Assembly (NCBI GenBank): GCA_016187465.1
Contig: JACPJQ010000007.1
Coordinates: 127,818-191,817, forward strand
DNA length: 64,000 nucleotides
DNA from: Candidatus Woesearchaeota archaeon
Lineage (GTDB): Archaea > Nanobdellota > Nanobdellia > Woesearchaeales > GW2011-AR4
Direction of reading: 5' to 3'
Below the pieces are notes generated by a model. It made no database searches and was not told where the DNA came from. It saw only the letters and a program-made list of their open reading frames with translations. Below are positions 28,168-38,790 of this stretch, piece after piece. How positions within the stretch are numbered: position 1 is the first letter of the stretch; each line of letters starts with the position of its first letter. The position numbers and the translations under genes were made by a program.

Positions 28168-29229
28168 ATGAAATTGCTGCATTCCAATCTAAAAAAAGGC
28201 GAAGTCAGGGTGCTTGCCCAAAACCTTGATGATTTGTGGTATCTAAGCGCAATAATAGAGCCTAATGACATTGTTCAGGGCAGGACTTTGAGAAAGATTA
28301 AGATTTCAAGCGAGGAAAAGTCCAAGGAAGCTGTAAAAAAGCCTGTTTTCATAAAGCTGGAGGTTGAAAAGGTTGAGTTTAGCAAGTACAGCAACATACT
28401 GAGAGTTTCCGGCATAATCAAGGAAGCTCCCGAAGATATACCTTTGGGTGATTACCACACTTTTAATGTTGATGAAAATACATCAATTACAATAATAAAG
28501 GAAAATTGGCTTAAATATCAGCTTGACAAGCTGAAGGAAGCGTGCTCAGAAACAAAAAGTTCCTTGCTTATATGCGTTCATGACAGGGAAGAGGCTTACT
28601 TTGCATTGTTTAAGAAGTATGGCTATGAAATACTGGCGCATATTCAGGGAGATGTCCAGAAGAAACGGGAGGAAAACATAAAGAAGGAAAATTTCTATTT
28701 GGGCATAATCAAAAAAATTAATGAGTATGTTGAAAGGCATCAAATCAGGCAGGTGATTTTGGCTTCCCCTGCGTTCTGGAAAGAAGACTTGATGAAAGAG
28801 GTAAAAGACAGCGAACTCAGGCAAAAAATAATTCTTGCAACATGCTCTTCAGCAACAAAAAATGGCATAGAAGAAGTCATAAAAAGGCCTGAAGTCAGGG
28901 AAGCGCTGAAGCAGGAAAGAACAGCGAAAGAAATCAACAAAGTTGAGGAGTTGTTTACAGAGATAGCAAAAAGCAATCTTGCTGTGTACGGAATGAAAGA
29001 AACAGAGAATGCAGCTTCAATTGGAGCTGTAAAAGAGCTTTTGATAACTGATTCATTCATACAAAAATCCAGAAGTGAAAATTTTTATAGGGATGCTGAT
29101 GCCGTAATGAGAATTGTTGATAAAACAAAAGGCGAGATTTATATCATAAGCTCCGAGCACGAAGGCGGAAAAAGATTGGATGGTTTGGGTGGGATAGGAG
29201 CTATTTTGAGGTTTAAGCTGAGCTACTAA
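28168..29229 (+). CDS. pelA: Pelota (ribosome rescue)
   Basis: NLDDLWYL, LRVSGII, YHTFNV, LDGLGGIGAILRF. Confidence 0.95.
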   Translation: MKLLHSNLKKGEVRVLAQNLDDLWYLSAIIEPNDIVQGRTLRKIKISSEEKSKEAVKKPVFIKLEVEKVEFSKYSNILRVSGIIKEAPEDIPLGDYHTFNVDENTSITIIKENWLKYQLDKLKEACSETKSSLLICVHDREEAYFALFKKYGYEILAHIQGDVQKKREENIKKENFYLGIIKKINEYVERHQIRQVILASPAFWKEDLMKEVKDSELRQKIILATCSSATKNGIEEVIKRPEVREALKQERTAKEINKVEELFTEIAKSNLAVYGMKETENAASIGAVKELLITDSFIQKSRSENFYRDADAVMRIVDKTKGEIYIISSEHEGGKRLDGLGGIGAILRFKLSY

Positions 29230-29280
29230 CAAAAGTTTTAAAAGCAAATTGTTTTTAATAAATAAAAAAGGAGGTGTACG

Positions 29281-31233
29281 ATGCCGGAATTCATAGATTC
29301 AATTCTCAAAGAGCACAGAATTTTCTTTCCAAGCGAGGAATTCAAAAGAAAAGCCATTATCAAAAGCATGGCCGAGTATTCCAAGCTTTACAAAAAATCA
29401 GTTGAAAATCCTGAAGCGTTTTGGAGCGGGATGGCGCAGCAGCTTGACTGGCTCAAGAAGTGGGATGTTGTTTTGAGGAATGATGCAGGGTTTTTCAAAT
29501 GGTTTGAAGGCGGTTATCTGAATGTATCCTGTAATTGTTTGGACAGAATTATCAAGTCAGGGAAAAAAGACAAGATTGCTTTTATCTGGGAGCCTGAATC
29601 AGGAGAAAGCAAGACATACACTTATGGGCAGCTTTTGAAAGAAGTTTGCAGATTTGCCAATGTGCTGAAGAAAAAGGGCGTGCAGAGAGGACATGTAGTG
29701 GAGATTTACTTGCCTATGATTCCGGAGCTGCCGATTGCGATGCTTGCATGCGCGAGAATCGGCGCAATCCATTCTGTTGTTTTTGCAGGCTTCAGCTATG
29801 ATGCTTTGAAGGACAGGATACAGGATTCAAATGCAGAACTCCTGATAACAGCTGACGGCAGCTTCAGAAACGGAAAAGTATTTCCGTTAAAAGGCAATGC
29901 AGACGCCGCTTTAAAGGAATGCCCAACAATAAAAAATGTTGTAGTTGTAAAAAGAACAGGAAGCAGTGTAAATATGCAAAATAGCAGGGATTATTGGTGG
30001 CATGAATTAATTAAAGAAAAGGACATAAAAGATTTTTGCGAGCCTGAGAGAATGCATTCGGAAGAGTCACTGTTTATTTTATACACGAGCGGCACAACAG
30101 GCAAGCCAAAAGGGATTCTGCATACGCAGGCAGGCTATTTGCTTTATGTTTACCAGACTTTCAAATGGATTTTTGACATAAAAGACAAAGATGTTTATTT
30201 CTGCACAGCAGACATTGGATGGATTACAGGCCATTCTTACATTGTTTATGGGCCATTGTCAAACGGGGCAACTGTTGTGATGTATGAAGGCTCGCCTACG
30301 TTTCCAAAGCCCGACAGGTTTTGGCGCATAGTCGAGAAGCACAAAGTCACTATATTTTATACTGCTCCGACAGCAATAAGGGCTTTGGCAAAAGAAGGGG
30401 ATGAATGGCCAAGCAGATGCAATTTAAGCAGCTTAAGATTATTAGGCACAGTAGGCGAGCCGATAAATCCTGAAGCTTGGGTATGGTACCACAAAGTGAT
30501 TGGCAAGGATAAATGCCCTGTTGTTGACACATGGTGGCAGACAGAAACAGGAGGCATTTTGATAACTCCGCTGCCGGGCGCTACCCCGCTTAAGCCGGGC
30601 TCTGCGACAAAGCCTTTTTTTGGCATAGTGGCTGATGTATTAAGAGAAGATGGAAGCAAAGCCAATGCTGATGAAGGCGGCTATCTCGTCATCAGGAATC
30701 CGTGGCCCGGAATGCTTAGGACTGTGTGGAACAATCCAGACAGATACAAGCATACTTATTTTGAAAAGTTTGGTGTCTATTTGACTGGAGACACTGCAAA
30801 AATAGACAAAGACGGCTATTTCTGGATAATGGGCAGGATTGATGATGTTATAAAGGTTGCAGGGCACAGGATTGGAAGCGCAGAGGTTGAGAGTTCATTA
30901 GTAAGCCATGCGGCGGTTGCAGAGGCGGCTGTTGTACCATATCCCCATGAGATAAAGGGCCAAGCAATTTATGCATTTGTTGTTTTAAAAAACGGAATCA
31001 AAAAAAATGACGAGTTAAAAGAAGGGCTGAAAAAACATGTTGCTGATCATGTTGGACCGATTGCAAAGCCCGACAAAATACAGTTTGCTGACGATCTGCC
31101 GAAGACAAGGAGCGGCAAGATAATGAGAAGAATTCTTAAAGTAATTGCCGAAGGAAGCACTGATTACGGGAATATAATGACATTGGCTGATCCAGGCGTT
31201 GTTGAAGTTCTGGCTAAGAATATGGTAAAATAG
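29281..31233 (+). CDS. acs: acetyl-CoA synthetase (AMP-forming)
   Basis: [42 protein letters not shown]. Confidence 0.96.
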   Translation: MPEFIDSILKEHRIFFPSEEFKRKAIIKSMAEYSKLYKKSVENPEAFWSGMAQQLDWLKKWDVVLRNDAGFFKWFEGGYLNVSCNCLDRIIKSGKKDKIAFIWEPESGESKTYTYGQLLKEVCRFANVLKKKGVQRGHVVEIYLPMIPELPIAMLACARIGAIHSVVFAGFSYDALKDRIQDSNAELLITADGSFRNGKVFPLKGNADAALKECPTIKNVVVVKRTGSSVNMQNSRDYWWHELIKEKDIKDFCEPERMHSEESLFILYTSGTTGKPKGILHTQAGYLLYVYQTFKWIFDIKDKDVYFCTADIGWITGHSYIVYGPLSNGATVVMYEGSPTFPKPDRFWRIVEKHKVTIFYTAPTAIRALAKEGDEWPSRCNLSSLRLLGTVGEPINPEAWVWYHKVIGKDKCPVVDTWWQTETGGILITPLPGATPLKPGSATKPFFGIVADVLREDGSKANADEGGYLVIRNPWPGMLRTVWNNPDRYKHTYFEKFGVYLTGDTAKIDKDGYFWIMGRIDDVIKVAGHRIGSAEVESSLVSHAAVAEAAVVPYPHEIKGQAIYAFVVLKNGIKKNDELKEGLKKHVADHVGPIAKPDKIQFADDLPKTRSGKIMRRILKVIAEGSTDYGNIMTLADPGVVEVLAKNMVK

Positions 31234-31408
31234 CTATACGATTCCGTAAGATTTAAATAGAAGTATGATGTATAGTGTAATAACTGGTTAGTTAAGATAG
31301 TGATTTACCATTTTGCAATGGAATTACTACTAACCGATAAAAAATAATAACATTTTAATAGTAGTGCCTTTTATCCCCTATGCAATAATAAAAGGGGGGT
31401 GTGTTTAC

Positions 31409-32227
31409 ATGATAGTTAAAGAAGAATTTTTGAGCAAGTTAAGAAGGTTTTTTTCTTTGAATTTGTATGAGGTCAAAATCTGGACAGCTCTGCTTTCCAG
31501 AGGAGTCTCAACAGCAGGAGAGCTAAGCGACATAGCAAACGTCCCAAGGTCAAGAAGCTATGACGTTCTTGAATCGCTTGAAAAGAAAGGATTTGTGATA
31601 ATGAAGCTTGGCAAGCCTATAAAGTATATAGCAGTTCCGCCTAAAGAAGTTGTTGAAAGAGTAAAGAAGAACGTTCAGGACTATGCTAAGGAGGAAGTGA
31701 AGAAGTTAAGTGATTTAAGGAACACTGAGATCATTGATGAGCTGAGCACTTTACACACCCAAGGGGTTGAGTTGGTTGAGCCTGCAGATTTAAGTGGTTC
31801 CTTAAGGGGACGACACAATTTATACAATCATTTGGAGCTGACGATAAGAAACGCTGAGGAAAGTGTAACCCTGATGACGACTTCCCAGGGATTCTTGAGA
31901 AAGGTTGAAGGCTTCAAGCCAACATTTGAGAAGCTGAAGAAAAGAGGAGTTAAGATAAGGATTGCTGCCCCTATCACAAAAGAATCTGTGGCTGCCCTGA
32001 AAGAGCTGCAGGGGCTTGCAGAAGTTAGGCACACTGACAACAAGGCAAGATTCTGTATTGTTGACGGCAAGGAGATAATATTCATGGTATTGGATGACAC
32101 TGAAGTCCATCCGACTTATGATGTGGGAATATGGGTAAACACCCCGTTCTTTGCAAGCGCTCTTGAGAATTTATTTGAGCTTGCATGGAAGAGCATGAAG
32201 CCGGCAAATGAAGTTGTGAAAAGATAA
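31409..32227 (+). CDS. TrmB-family transcription regulator
   Basis: LNLYEVKIWTALL..TAGELS..VPRSRSYDVLESLEKKG; C-terminal PLD-like effector domain. Confidence 0.9.
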   Translation: MIVKEEFLSKLRRFFSLNLYEVKIWTALLSRGVSTAGELSDIANVPRSRSYDVLESLEKKGFVIMKLGKPIKYIAVPPKEVVERVKKNVQDYAKEEVKKLSDLRNTEIIDELSTLHTQGVELVEPADLSGSLRGRHNLYNHLELTIRNAEESVTLMTTSQGFLRKVEGFKPTFEKLKKRGVKIRIAAPITKESVAALKELQGLAEVRHTDNKARFCIVDGKEIIFMVLDDTEVHPTYDVGIWVNTPFFASALENLFELAWKSMKPANEVVKR

Positions 32228-32250
32228 TTTCTTTTTTTGTTTTTTGATTG

Positions 32251-32345
32251 CTCAAATTGAGTTCATACTCCGCAGCTTGCTGCGATATCAACAACTCAAT
32301 TTGAGGCTTAAAAATCCCCGCAGCTTGCTGTGATTGGGATTTTTA
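32251..32345. repeat. two REP-like palindromic units
   Basis: CTCAAATTGAGTT/AACTCAATTTGAG enclosing CGCAGCTTGCTGCG; AAAAATCCC/GGGATTTTT enclosing CGCAGCTTGCTGTG. Confidence 0.7.
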
Positions 32346-32388
32346 ATAATGCAAAAATATAAAAAACAATAACCTATTCTATTAGCTA

Positions 32389-32640
32389 ATGGGCAAGCTG
32401 AAAAGTTACAGAAAAAAGATTGACATTATTGATAAAAAAATAGTTAAACTCTTAATGTCGAGATTTGAGTTGGCCAGACAAATATCAATTTATAAAAAAT
32501 GGAACAAGCTTGAAATCATTGACAAAAAAAGAGAGCGGCAAGTCATCAACAATATTAAAAAATTTTCCAATAAACATAAAAAATTCGTAATAGGCATTTT
32601 TAAAAACATTATCACTTATTCAAAAAAACTTCAGAAATAA
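32389..32640 (+). CDS. chorismate mutase (AroQ type)
   Basis: YRKKIDIIDKKIVKLL..RFELA..I..YK...DKKRE. Confidence 0.85.
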   Translation: MGKLKSYRKKIDIIDKKIVKLLMSRFELARQISIYKKWNKLEIIDKKRERQVINNIKKFSNKHKKFVIGIFKNIITYSKKLQK

Positions 32641-32641
32641 A

Positions 32642-33484
32642 ATGCAAAAAGACATAGTCTTGGAATTGAAGCAGAAGGCGAAAGAATTGAGGAAAGAGAT
32701 AATAACTATAATCTATAATGCCCAATCAGGCCATCCTGGCGGCTCTTTGAGTGCAATTGATGTAATGGTCGGATTGTATTATCACAAATTAAAAGTTGAC
32801 ACTAAAAATCCTTTGTGGGAGAACAGAGACAGGTTTGTTCTAAGCAAGGGGCATTGCAGCCCTGCAATTTACGCTGTATTGGCAGATAAAGGCTTCTTTC
32901 CAAAATCAGAGCTGGAGGGGTATAGAAAAATCAACAGAATGCTTCAGGGGCATCCTGAATTAAACACTCCGGGAATTGATTTTGCGGGAGGGGCTTTGGG
33001 GCAGGGGATATGCTTTGCGCTTGGAATTGCGCTTGCGTGCAGGCTCGACAAAAGAAACTGCAATGTCTATGCAATGATAGGCGACGGAGAAGCCCAGGAA
33101 GGCGCTGTATGGGAATCTTCAATGGCTGCTGCTTTTCACAAGCTTGACAATCTGATTGTGATACTTGACAAGAACCAGGTCCAGCAGACCGGAAAAACAA
33201 AGGAGATAATGGACATCGGCAATGTTACAATGAAATGGAAGGCGTTTGGATGGAATGTAATTGAGATTAACGGGCATGATATGGCACAAGTTGTGAAAGC
33301 TCTTGACAAGGCTTCGAAAATGAAGAACAAAAGGCCTACAATAATTATTTCAAATACGATTAAAGGAAAAGGTGTTTCGTTCATGGAGCTAAACCATAAA
33401 TTCCACGGGAAAGCCCCAAATGATGATGAGTGCAGGAAAGCTATTGAAGAAATTGGCAATATAGATGTTAAAAAGTTTAAATGA
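32642..33484 (+). CDS. transketolase N-terminal subunit
   Basis: SGHPGGSLS, RDRFVLSKGH, LQGHP, GDGE ThDP motif. Confidence 0.95.
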   Translation: MQKDIVLELKQKAKELRKEIITIIYNAQSGHPGGSLSAIDVMVGLYYHKLKVDTKNPLWENRDRFVLSKGHCSPAIYAVLADKGFFPKSELEGYRKINRMLQGHPELNTPGIDFAGGALGQGICFALGIALACRLDKRNCNVYAMIGDGEAQEGAVWESSMAAAFHKLDNLIVILDKNQVQQTGKTKEIMDIGNVTMKWKAFGWNVIEINGHDMAQVVKALDKASKMKNKRPTIIISNTIKGKGVSFMELNHKFHGKAPNDDECRKAIEEIGNIDVKKFK

Positions 33485-33611
33485 TTTTATTTTTGAATTG
33501 ATAAAATATGATTATTGCGTTAGGAAGTAAACAAACACGACAATAAAAACATTGAATTCACATTAAATAAAACAATACAAAAACTAAAAATTGGTATAAT
33601 AAAATCAAGAA

Positions 33612-34547
33612 ATGGAAAAATCAGCTACTCGAGATGGCTATGGGAAGGCTTTGCTGGAGTTGGGCAGGCAAAACAAGGATGTTGTTGCCCTTGACGCAGA
33701 CCTAAGCGACAGCACCAGAAGCGAGTACTTTGCAAAGCAGTTTCCTGAAAGGTTTTTCTCGATGGGAATAGCAGAGCAGGACATGATTGGGGCTGCTGCC
33801 GGGCTGGCGTTTTCCGGCAAAATTCCTTATGCAAGCACGTTTGCTGTCTTCAGCGAGAGGGCTTATGAATTCATAAGGAATATTGTTTCAAGAAACAGGC
33901 TGAACGTGAAGATTGCAGGCTCCCATTCAGGCATTGCAACCGGGGAAGACGGCAAGAGCGCCCAGGCAATTGAAGACATTGCAGCTTACCGTGTTTTGCC
34001 GAATATGGTTGTCTTGCAGCCGTGTGATGCTGCTGAATGCGAGAAAATGGTTTTTGCTTTGGCTGACTACAAAGGGCCTTCTTATATGAGGCTGCACAGG
34101 AATGCAGTCCCGGTAATTCACGATTCAAATTATAAGTTTGAGATAGGAAAAGGCGAAGTCTTAAGGCAAGGCAAGGATGCCGTGATTTTTGCTACAGGAA
34201 CTTTGGTTCATGAAACCCTGAAAGCTGCTGAAATTCTTGACAAAGAAGGCATAAAGGTTTATGTTGTCAATATCCATACTATAAAGCCGCTTGACAGTAA
34301 TTTAGTGATTGATTTGGCCAAGAAAACAAATTATGTAGTGACGGCAGAAGACCATAATGTAATAGGGGGGTTGGGAGGCGCTGTTGCAGAAGTTTTAAGT
34401 GAAAATTATCCTTGTTTAATGAAAAGGATTGGAATGCAGGACATGTATGCAGAATCCGGCAGGCCGGATGAATTGTACAAAAAATATGGGCTGGATGCAG
34501 AGTCTATAGCGGAAGAAGTCATGAAGTTTGTGAGCAAAAAGAAATAA
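33612..34547 (+). CDS. transketolase C-terminal subunit
   Basis: ATRDGYG, GIAEQDM, GEDG, TAEDH. Confidence 0.95.
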   Translation: MEKSATRDGYGKALLELGRQNKDVVALDADLSDSTRSEYFAKQFPERFFSMGIAEQDMIGAAAGLAFSGKIPYASTFAVFSERAYEFIRNIVSRNRLNVKIAGSHSGIATGEDGKSAQAIEDIAAYRVLPNMVVLQPCDAAECEKMVFALADYKGPSYMRLHRNAVPVIHDSNYKFEIGKGEVLRQGKDAVIFATGTLVHETLKAAEILDKEGIKVYVVNIHTIKPLDSNLVIDLAKKTNYVVTAEDHNVIGGLGGAVAEVLSENYPCLMKRIGMQDMYAESGRPDELYKKYGLDAESIAEEVMKFVSKKK

Positions 34548-34578
34548 TTAAAAATGGAGATATGTTAGTTGATTTAAA

Positions 34579-35229
34579 ATGGAATTATTCCTTGATACTG
34601 CGTCGGTAGATGAAGTAAGGCATGGTGCAGAGACTGGCTTGATCTCCGGGGTAACTACAAACCCAACTTTGGCAGCAAAAGCAGGAAGGGATTACAATGA
34701 TGTCCTGAAAGAAATCTGCTCCATAATTAAAGGGCCCGTAAGCGCTGAAACTGTTTCTTTGGATGCGGAAGGAATGGTAAAAGAGGGTGTTGCCTTTTCA
34801 AAGATTGCAAAGAATATTGTTGTAAAAGTTCCCATGACAGTTGAAGGCATGAGAGCCTGCCAAAGATTAACTAAAAAAGGCATAAAAGTTAATGTTACTC
34901 TTGTTTTTTCAGCAAATCAGGCTTTGCTTGCCGCCAAATCTGGAGCTTTCATGGTAAGCCCGTTTGTCGGGAGGCTGGATGACATTGGAAAAATTGGCAT
35001 GGAGGTTGTAAGGGAGATAAAGCAGGTCTATGACAATTACAAATTTACAACGCAAATACTTGTTGCTTCTGTAAGAAATCCAATTCATGTCCTTGATGCA
35101 GCAAAGATTGGAGCAGACATTGCAACAGTGCCTTACTCTGTATTCGAGCAATTATTCAAGCACACCTTGACTGACGCGGGCATTAAGAAATTCTTAGAAG
35201 ACTGGGAAAAGGTACCGAAGAAGAAGTGA
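34579..35229 (+). CDS. tal: transaldolase / fructose-6-phosphate aldolase family
   Basis: [25 protein letters not shown]. Confidence 0.9.
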   Translation: MELFLDTASVDEVRHGAETGLISGVTTNPTLAAKAGRDYNDVLKEICSIIKGPVSAETVSLDAEGMVKEGVAFSKIAKNIVVKVPMTVEGMRACQRLTKKGIKVNVTLVFSANQALLAAKSGAFMVSPFVGRLDDIGKIGMEVVREIKQVYDNYKFTTQILVASVRNPIHVLDAAKIGADIATVPYSVFEQLFKHTLTDAGIKKFLEDWEKVPKKK

Positions 35230-35420
35230 GATTCGCTTTTTTATATTCTATACTCACGGACAAAAATAATTATACAATAGTTGTCCGTTCGTAATAAGTA
35301 AAGGACATATTTATGTCTAAAAACTTGTGTCCTTTACTATAGCTTGCTTTATTAACACCAAATCAAAAGCTTTAAATACTTATAAGTATTTCTACGTATA
35401 TATAAATACGAGGTATCAAA

Positions 35421-35657
35421 ATGGGATTAAAACAAATAAGCCTTACAATGCCTGAAAACCTTTTACAGGCATCTAGGGAATATTCTGAGCAGTTTGGCTA
35501 CAAAAATGTGCAGGAGTTCATTTTGGATTTGGTAAGGGACAATGTTATGCTGAAGAATATCGAGAGGTACAGGAAAATAGATGGAAGAATGAAAAAAGGG
35601 CTTGGTGTCAAAAAATTCAGCCAAAAAGGCGCTGTTAAATACATTAAAGAGCTGTAA
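35421..35657 (+). CDS. RHH-type antitoxin
   Basis: KQISLTMPENLL..NVQEFI pattern; directly upstream of a RelE-like toxin. Confidence 0.75.
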   Translation: MGLKQISLTMPENLLQASREYSEQFGYKNVQEFILDLVRDNVMLKNIERYRKIDGRMKKGLGVKKFSQKGAVKYIKEL

Positions 35658-35658
35658 G

Positions 35659-35913
35659 ATGTCTTATTCTATAGAGTTCAGTACTGAGTTTGATAAATCC
35701 ATGAAAAAGCTGAAGAAAAGGGATAAAATTATATTTGAGCAAATACAAAAAAAGCTTATTGAAATCGTTGAAAATCCTGAACATTACAAACCATTGAGGA
35801 ACGTCTTGGCAGGATACAGAAGGCTGCATTTTGGAAGTTTTGTGCTGATTTATACAACAGAAGGAAATGTTGTCAGGGTTATATCTTTGGACCATCATGA
35901 TAGGGCTTATTAG
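35659..35913 (+). CDS. RelE/ParE-family toxin
   Basis: YSIEFSTEF.K..KKL..YKPLR..LAGYRRLHFGSFVLIY..HHDRAY. Confidence 0.88.
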   Translation: MSYSIEFSTEFDKSMKKLKKRDKIIFEQIQKKLIEIVENPEHYKPLRNVLAGYRRLHFGSFVLIYTTEGNVVRVISLDHHDRAY

Positions 35914-36058
35914 AGAAAGTGTTGAAGAAGAAATGAAATAAAACTGCTTTTAATAATTGTTTTCCAAGATATTACTCGGGACACACAATTCCAATTGGTA
36001 GAGAGGGGACAATGATTTAATGGGAAGATTTTTATATTTTTATTATTAATCATTATAT

Positions 36059-36694
36059 ATGGAAGAACCAATTAAAGAATATAAACATCAACCATCAAGT
36101 ATCATCATCATTAATAAAATTTTGCTAAGTTTGTTTGTTATTGGTTACATTTGGTTGGGATTTTATCCTCCAGAAAATACTCCAAAGTACTTTTCAATAA
36201 TTGGAAGAGTTTTATCCATTCCTACTTTATTAATCCTAATTTATTTATTTCTAACAGATTATTCTTATAAAAAAAGATGTAAAATAATTCAAATTTACAA
36301 GAACAAAGTAATTCTTATAATTCCCTTTCTAAATAATTTTAAACTAACTTTAACTAAAAAAGATGTAAATTCTGTTTTTAAGAAAAATGTTTGTGGGACT
36401 CCAATGGTTTGGATAAAGTTGAAAAATCCTAAATCGTATGTCAAAAAAAATTCCTTAGTAAACCCACCATACGATTTTATATATTCTCTAGTGCATTACA
36501 TAATATTCAAACTACATAAGATTCCAATTAAATTTAGCCAGTTTGAGTTTAAATCGAAAGAAGATGCAAAATACATCAATAGGAATATTCTCAAAATAAA
36601 CACGAAAAAGGGAGGACATTTATTCTTTCCTAAAACTTATTATCATCGGAATTTTGACAGTATTTTTAAAGATTTAAAGAAAACTCTACAGTAA
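36059..36694 (+). CDS. AT-rich hypothetical membrane protein flanked by bipartite inverted repeats
   Basis: Two N-terminal TM segments, basic C-terminal part, low GC. Confidence 0.65.
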   Translation: MEEPIKEYKHQPSSIIIINKILLSLFVIGYIWLGFYPPENTPKYFSIIGRVLSIPTLLILIYLFLTDYSYKKRCKIIQIYKNKVILIIPFLNNFKLTLTKKDVNSVFKKNVCGTPMVWIKLKNPKSYVKKNSLVNPPYDFIYSLVHYIIFKLHKIPIKFSQFEFKSKEDAKYINRNILKINTKKGGHLFFPKTYYHRNFDSIFKDLKKTLQ

Positions 36695-36893
36695 TGTCGT
36701 CCCCTTTCTGTTCTTAATTTTACATATCGCTTCGCTCTGTGAGAGTTGTGTGTCCCTGAATCATACTCACTTCTTTCGTGCCACGTTGCACTTTCGCATT
36801 AGTTCAGGTCGCTTAACAGCACATTAAACGATTCCCTCGAAAAAACTCTGCCTCAAACAAACCTTTTTATACCGTTTTCATTAACTTTATTCT

Positions 36894-38027
36894 ATGCAGC
36901 AGTATAATGTAAAAGACGCAAAGAGGCATGAATCTGCGCATGACAGGAAAGTGAAGGAGTTAGAGGAAGAGCTCTCAACTACAAAGTACAACAAGAAAAC
37001 CCAGGGCCATATAGGATTGGTGAAAGCCAAGCTCGCAAAAATAAAGGAGGAATTCCAAAGAAAATCCTCGGCAAAAGGCAAGGGCGAGGGATTCACTGTC
37101 AGGAGGACAGGGGACGCAACTATTATAATGGTCGGCTTTCCAAGCGTTGGAAAATCGACTTTGCTGAACGCAATCACAAATGCAAACTCCCCTGTAGGAG
37201 CTTATGCTTTCACTACATTAACCTGCATTCCGGGATTATTAGAATACAACCATGCAAAAATACAGGTTCTTGACGTGCCCGGGATTGTGGAAGGCGCTGC
37301 AACAGGAAGGGGCAGAGGAAGGGAAGTTCTTGCCTGCGCGCAAAGCGCAGATCTTGTCATCGTCTTGCTTGATGTATTCGACCCAAGGCATGTTGAAGTG
37401 GTCAAAAATGAGATTTACGAAACTGGATTGAGGATGAACCAGAAGCCTCCTCAAGTGAGCATCAGCAGGAAGCCAAGAGGCGGAATTGATGTTGGCCTGA
37501 CTGTTAAACTGACAAGATTGAATGAAGAAACCATAAAATCCATACTTAAAGAATTTAGATTGGAGAACTGCAGCATTGTGATAAGGGAAGACATAACTGA
37601 CGACCAGCTGATTGATGTGATAGAAGGCAATAAAAAATACGTTCCAGCAATAGTTGTCCTGAACAAGATAGACATGATCGATGCAAAGGAGCTTGAAAAA
37701 ATAAAAGCAATTGTAAAGCCTGACATCTGCGTTTCAGCTGAAAACAAGGAAAACACAGAAGAATTGAAAGAGCTGATTTTCAGGAAGCTTGATTTCATAA
37801 GGATTTACTGCAAGGAAGCCGGAAAAAAGGCTGATATGGAAGTGCCGCTGATAATGAGAAGAGGCAATACTCTAAGGGATGTCTGCATCAAGCTGCACAA
37901 GGACTTTGTCTCGAAGTTCAGGTTTGCAAGGGTTTGGGGCAGATCTGCAAGATTTCCCGGGATGGTTTTAAGGAAGCTTGAGCATACTGTGCAGGATAAT
38001 GACATTGTTGAAGTGCACGTGAGTTAG
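36894..38027 (+). CDS. DRG/OBG-family GTPase with TGS domain
   Basis: GFPSVGKSTLL, AYAFTT, DVPG, NKID, C-terminal TGS. Confidence 0.94.
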   Translation: MQQYNVKDAKRHESAHDRKVKELEEELSTTKYNKKTQGHIGLVKAKLAKIKEEFQRKSSAKGKGEGFTVRRTGDATIIMVGFPSVGKSTLLNAITNANSPVGAYAFTTLTCIPGLLEYNHAKIQVLDVPGIVEGAATGRGRGREVLACAQSADLVIVLLDVFDPRHVEVVKNEIYETGLRMNQKPPQVSISRKPRGGIDVGLTVKLTRLNEETIKSILKEFRLENCSIVIREDITDDQLIDVIEGNKKYVPAIVVLNKIDMIDAKELEKIKAIVKPDICVSAENKENTEELKELIFRKLDFIRIYCKEAGKKADMEVPLIMRRGNTLRDVCIKLHKDFVSKFRFARVWGRSARFPGMVLRKLEHTVQDNDIVEVHVS

Positions 38028-38611
38028 ATAAGATATCTTTGCTCTGCTCCCGCATACATGAATGTTGCGATTTGTAATGGTATGTTTGTTACCATCAGTA
38101 AACTTCCCGTACTTGTATTTCTAAGCTTTTCCCTGACCATTATAAGTTCCAAGTTTATTCTTTCATAGCCTTTCTCTACTGAAGTGGAATCCTGAGATAA
38201 TAATACTGCAAATCGTTTTGGTTTTATTCTAAACAGTCCCAAACTATTGATATTATAAAATGGAGGCATTTGAGGTTTCAATGCATCCGGCCTTATCCTC
38301 TTTCCATTAAGGCTTTCTAAACTGTTCAGATAGTCTTCCAATGGCCCTAGTATTGGTTTAGTTAATGCATAAACTGAAAACCTGCATTTCTCTCCATTTC
38401 CAATCAACTCTCGCTTAATTTTCCATCCGTCATATTCAACAGTATGATTTTCAGAAGCTTCAAAAAGCTGTGTTATTTCCATGGAAGGTTTTTCTAATTC
38501 TATTTGATCATATAGTAGTTCCAATGGTATTTCCTTTCTTTCAAATCCTGTTATATAGAGTAGACTATATTTCTCCAATTCTCTCAACTTCAATGCCGCT
38601 TCAATTTTCAT
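38024..38611 (-). CDS. hypothetical protein
   Basis: 195 aa ORF convergent with the GTPase gene; no motif recognised. Confidence 0.6.
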   Translation of the reverse strand: MKIEAALKLRELEKYSLLYITGFERKEIPLELLYDQIELEKPSMEITQLFEASENHTVEYDGWKIKRELIGNGEKCRFSVYALTKPILGPLEDYLNSLESLNGKRIRPDALKPQMPPFYNINSLGLFRIKPKRFAVLLSQDSTSVEKGYERINLELIMVREKLRNTSTGSLLMVTNIPLQIATFMYAGAEQRYLI

Positions 38612-38658
38612 AGCTTATGGATGAATGTTGATGTAAATAAAAACATTTCCCCGCAACA

Positions 38659-38666
38659 TTTAAATA
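38659..38666 (+). promoter_or_regulatory. TATA box of the aromatic operon leader
   Basis: TTTAAATA ending 28 nt before the leader ATG, which fits a near-leaderless transcript. Confidence 0.6.
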
Positions 38667-38694
38667 CCAATTCATCTTACCAACTGAAACTAAA

Positions 38695-38790
38695 ATGCGT
38701 CGAATAGAAAACTTAATGGCACAGATTGGATTTGCTTTCTACAGGTTGTTTTCCAGCTTTAAGTACTTCTTTTTTTATTTTAAGTTTTGA
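38695..38790 (+). CDS. putative Phe/Tyr-rich leader peptide (MRRIENLMAQIGFAFYRLFSSFKYFFFYFKF)
   Basis: 9 Phe and 3 Tyr in the last 19 codons; lies between the TATA box and the aro-tyr-phe-pheST operon. Confidence 0.8.
   Translation: MRRIENLMAQIGFAFYRLFSSFKYFFFYFKF

Noticed and set aside
33485-33611. AT-rich gap between the transketolase halves as an intron or regulatory RNA
   Set aside because: Split transketolases are common, both halves are complete, and no structure was seen
36770-36880. Integron attC site (GCTTAAC present)
   Set aside because: No complementary GTTRRRY end or R/L box pairing seen, and no integrase in the window
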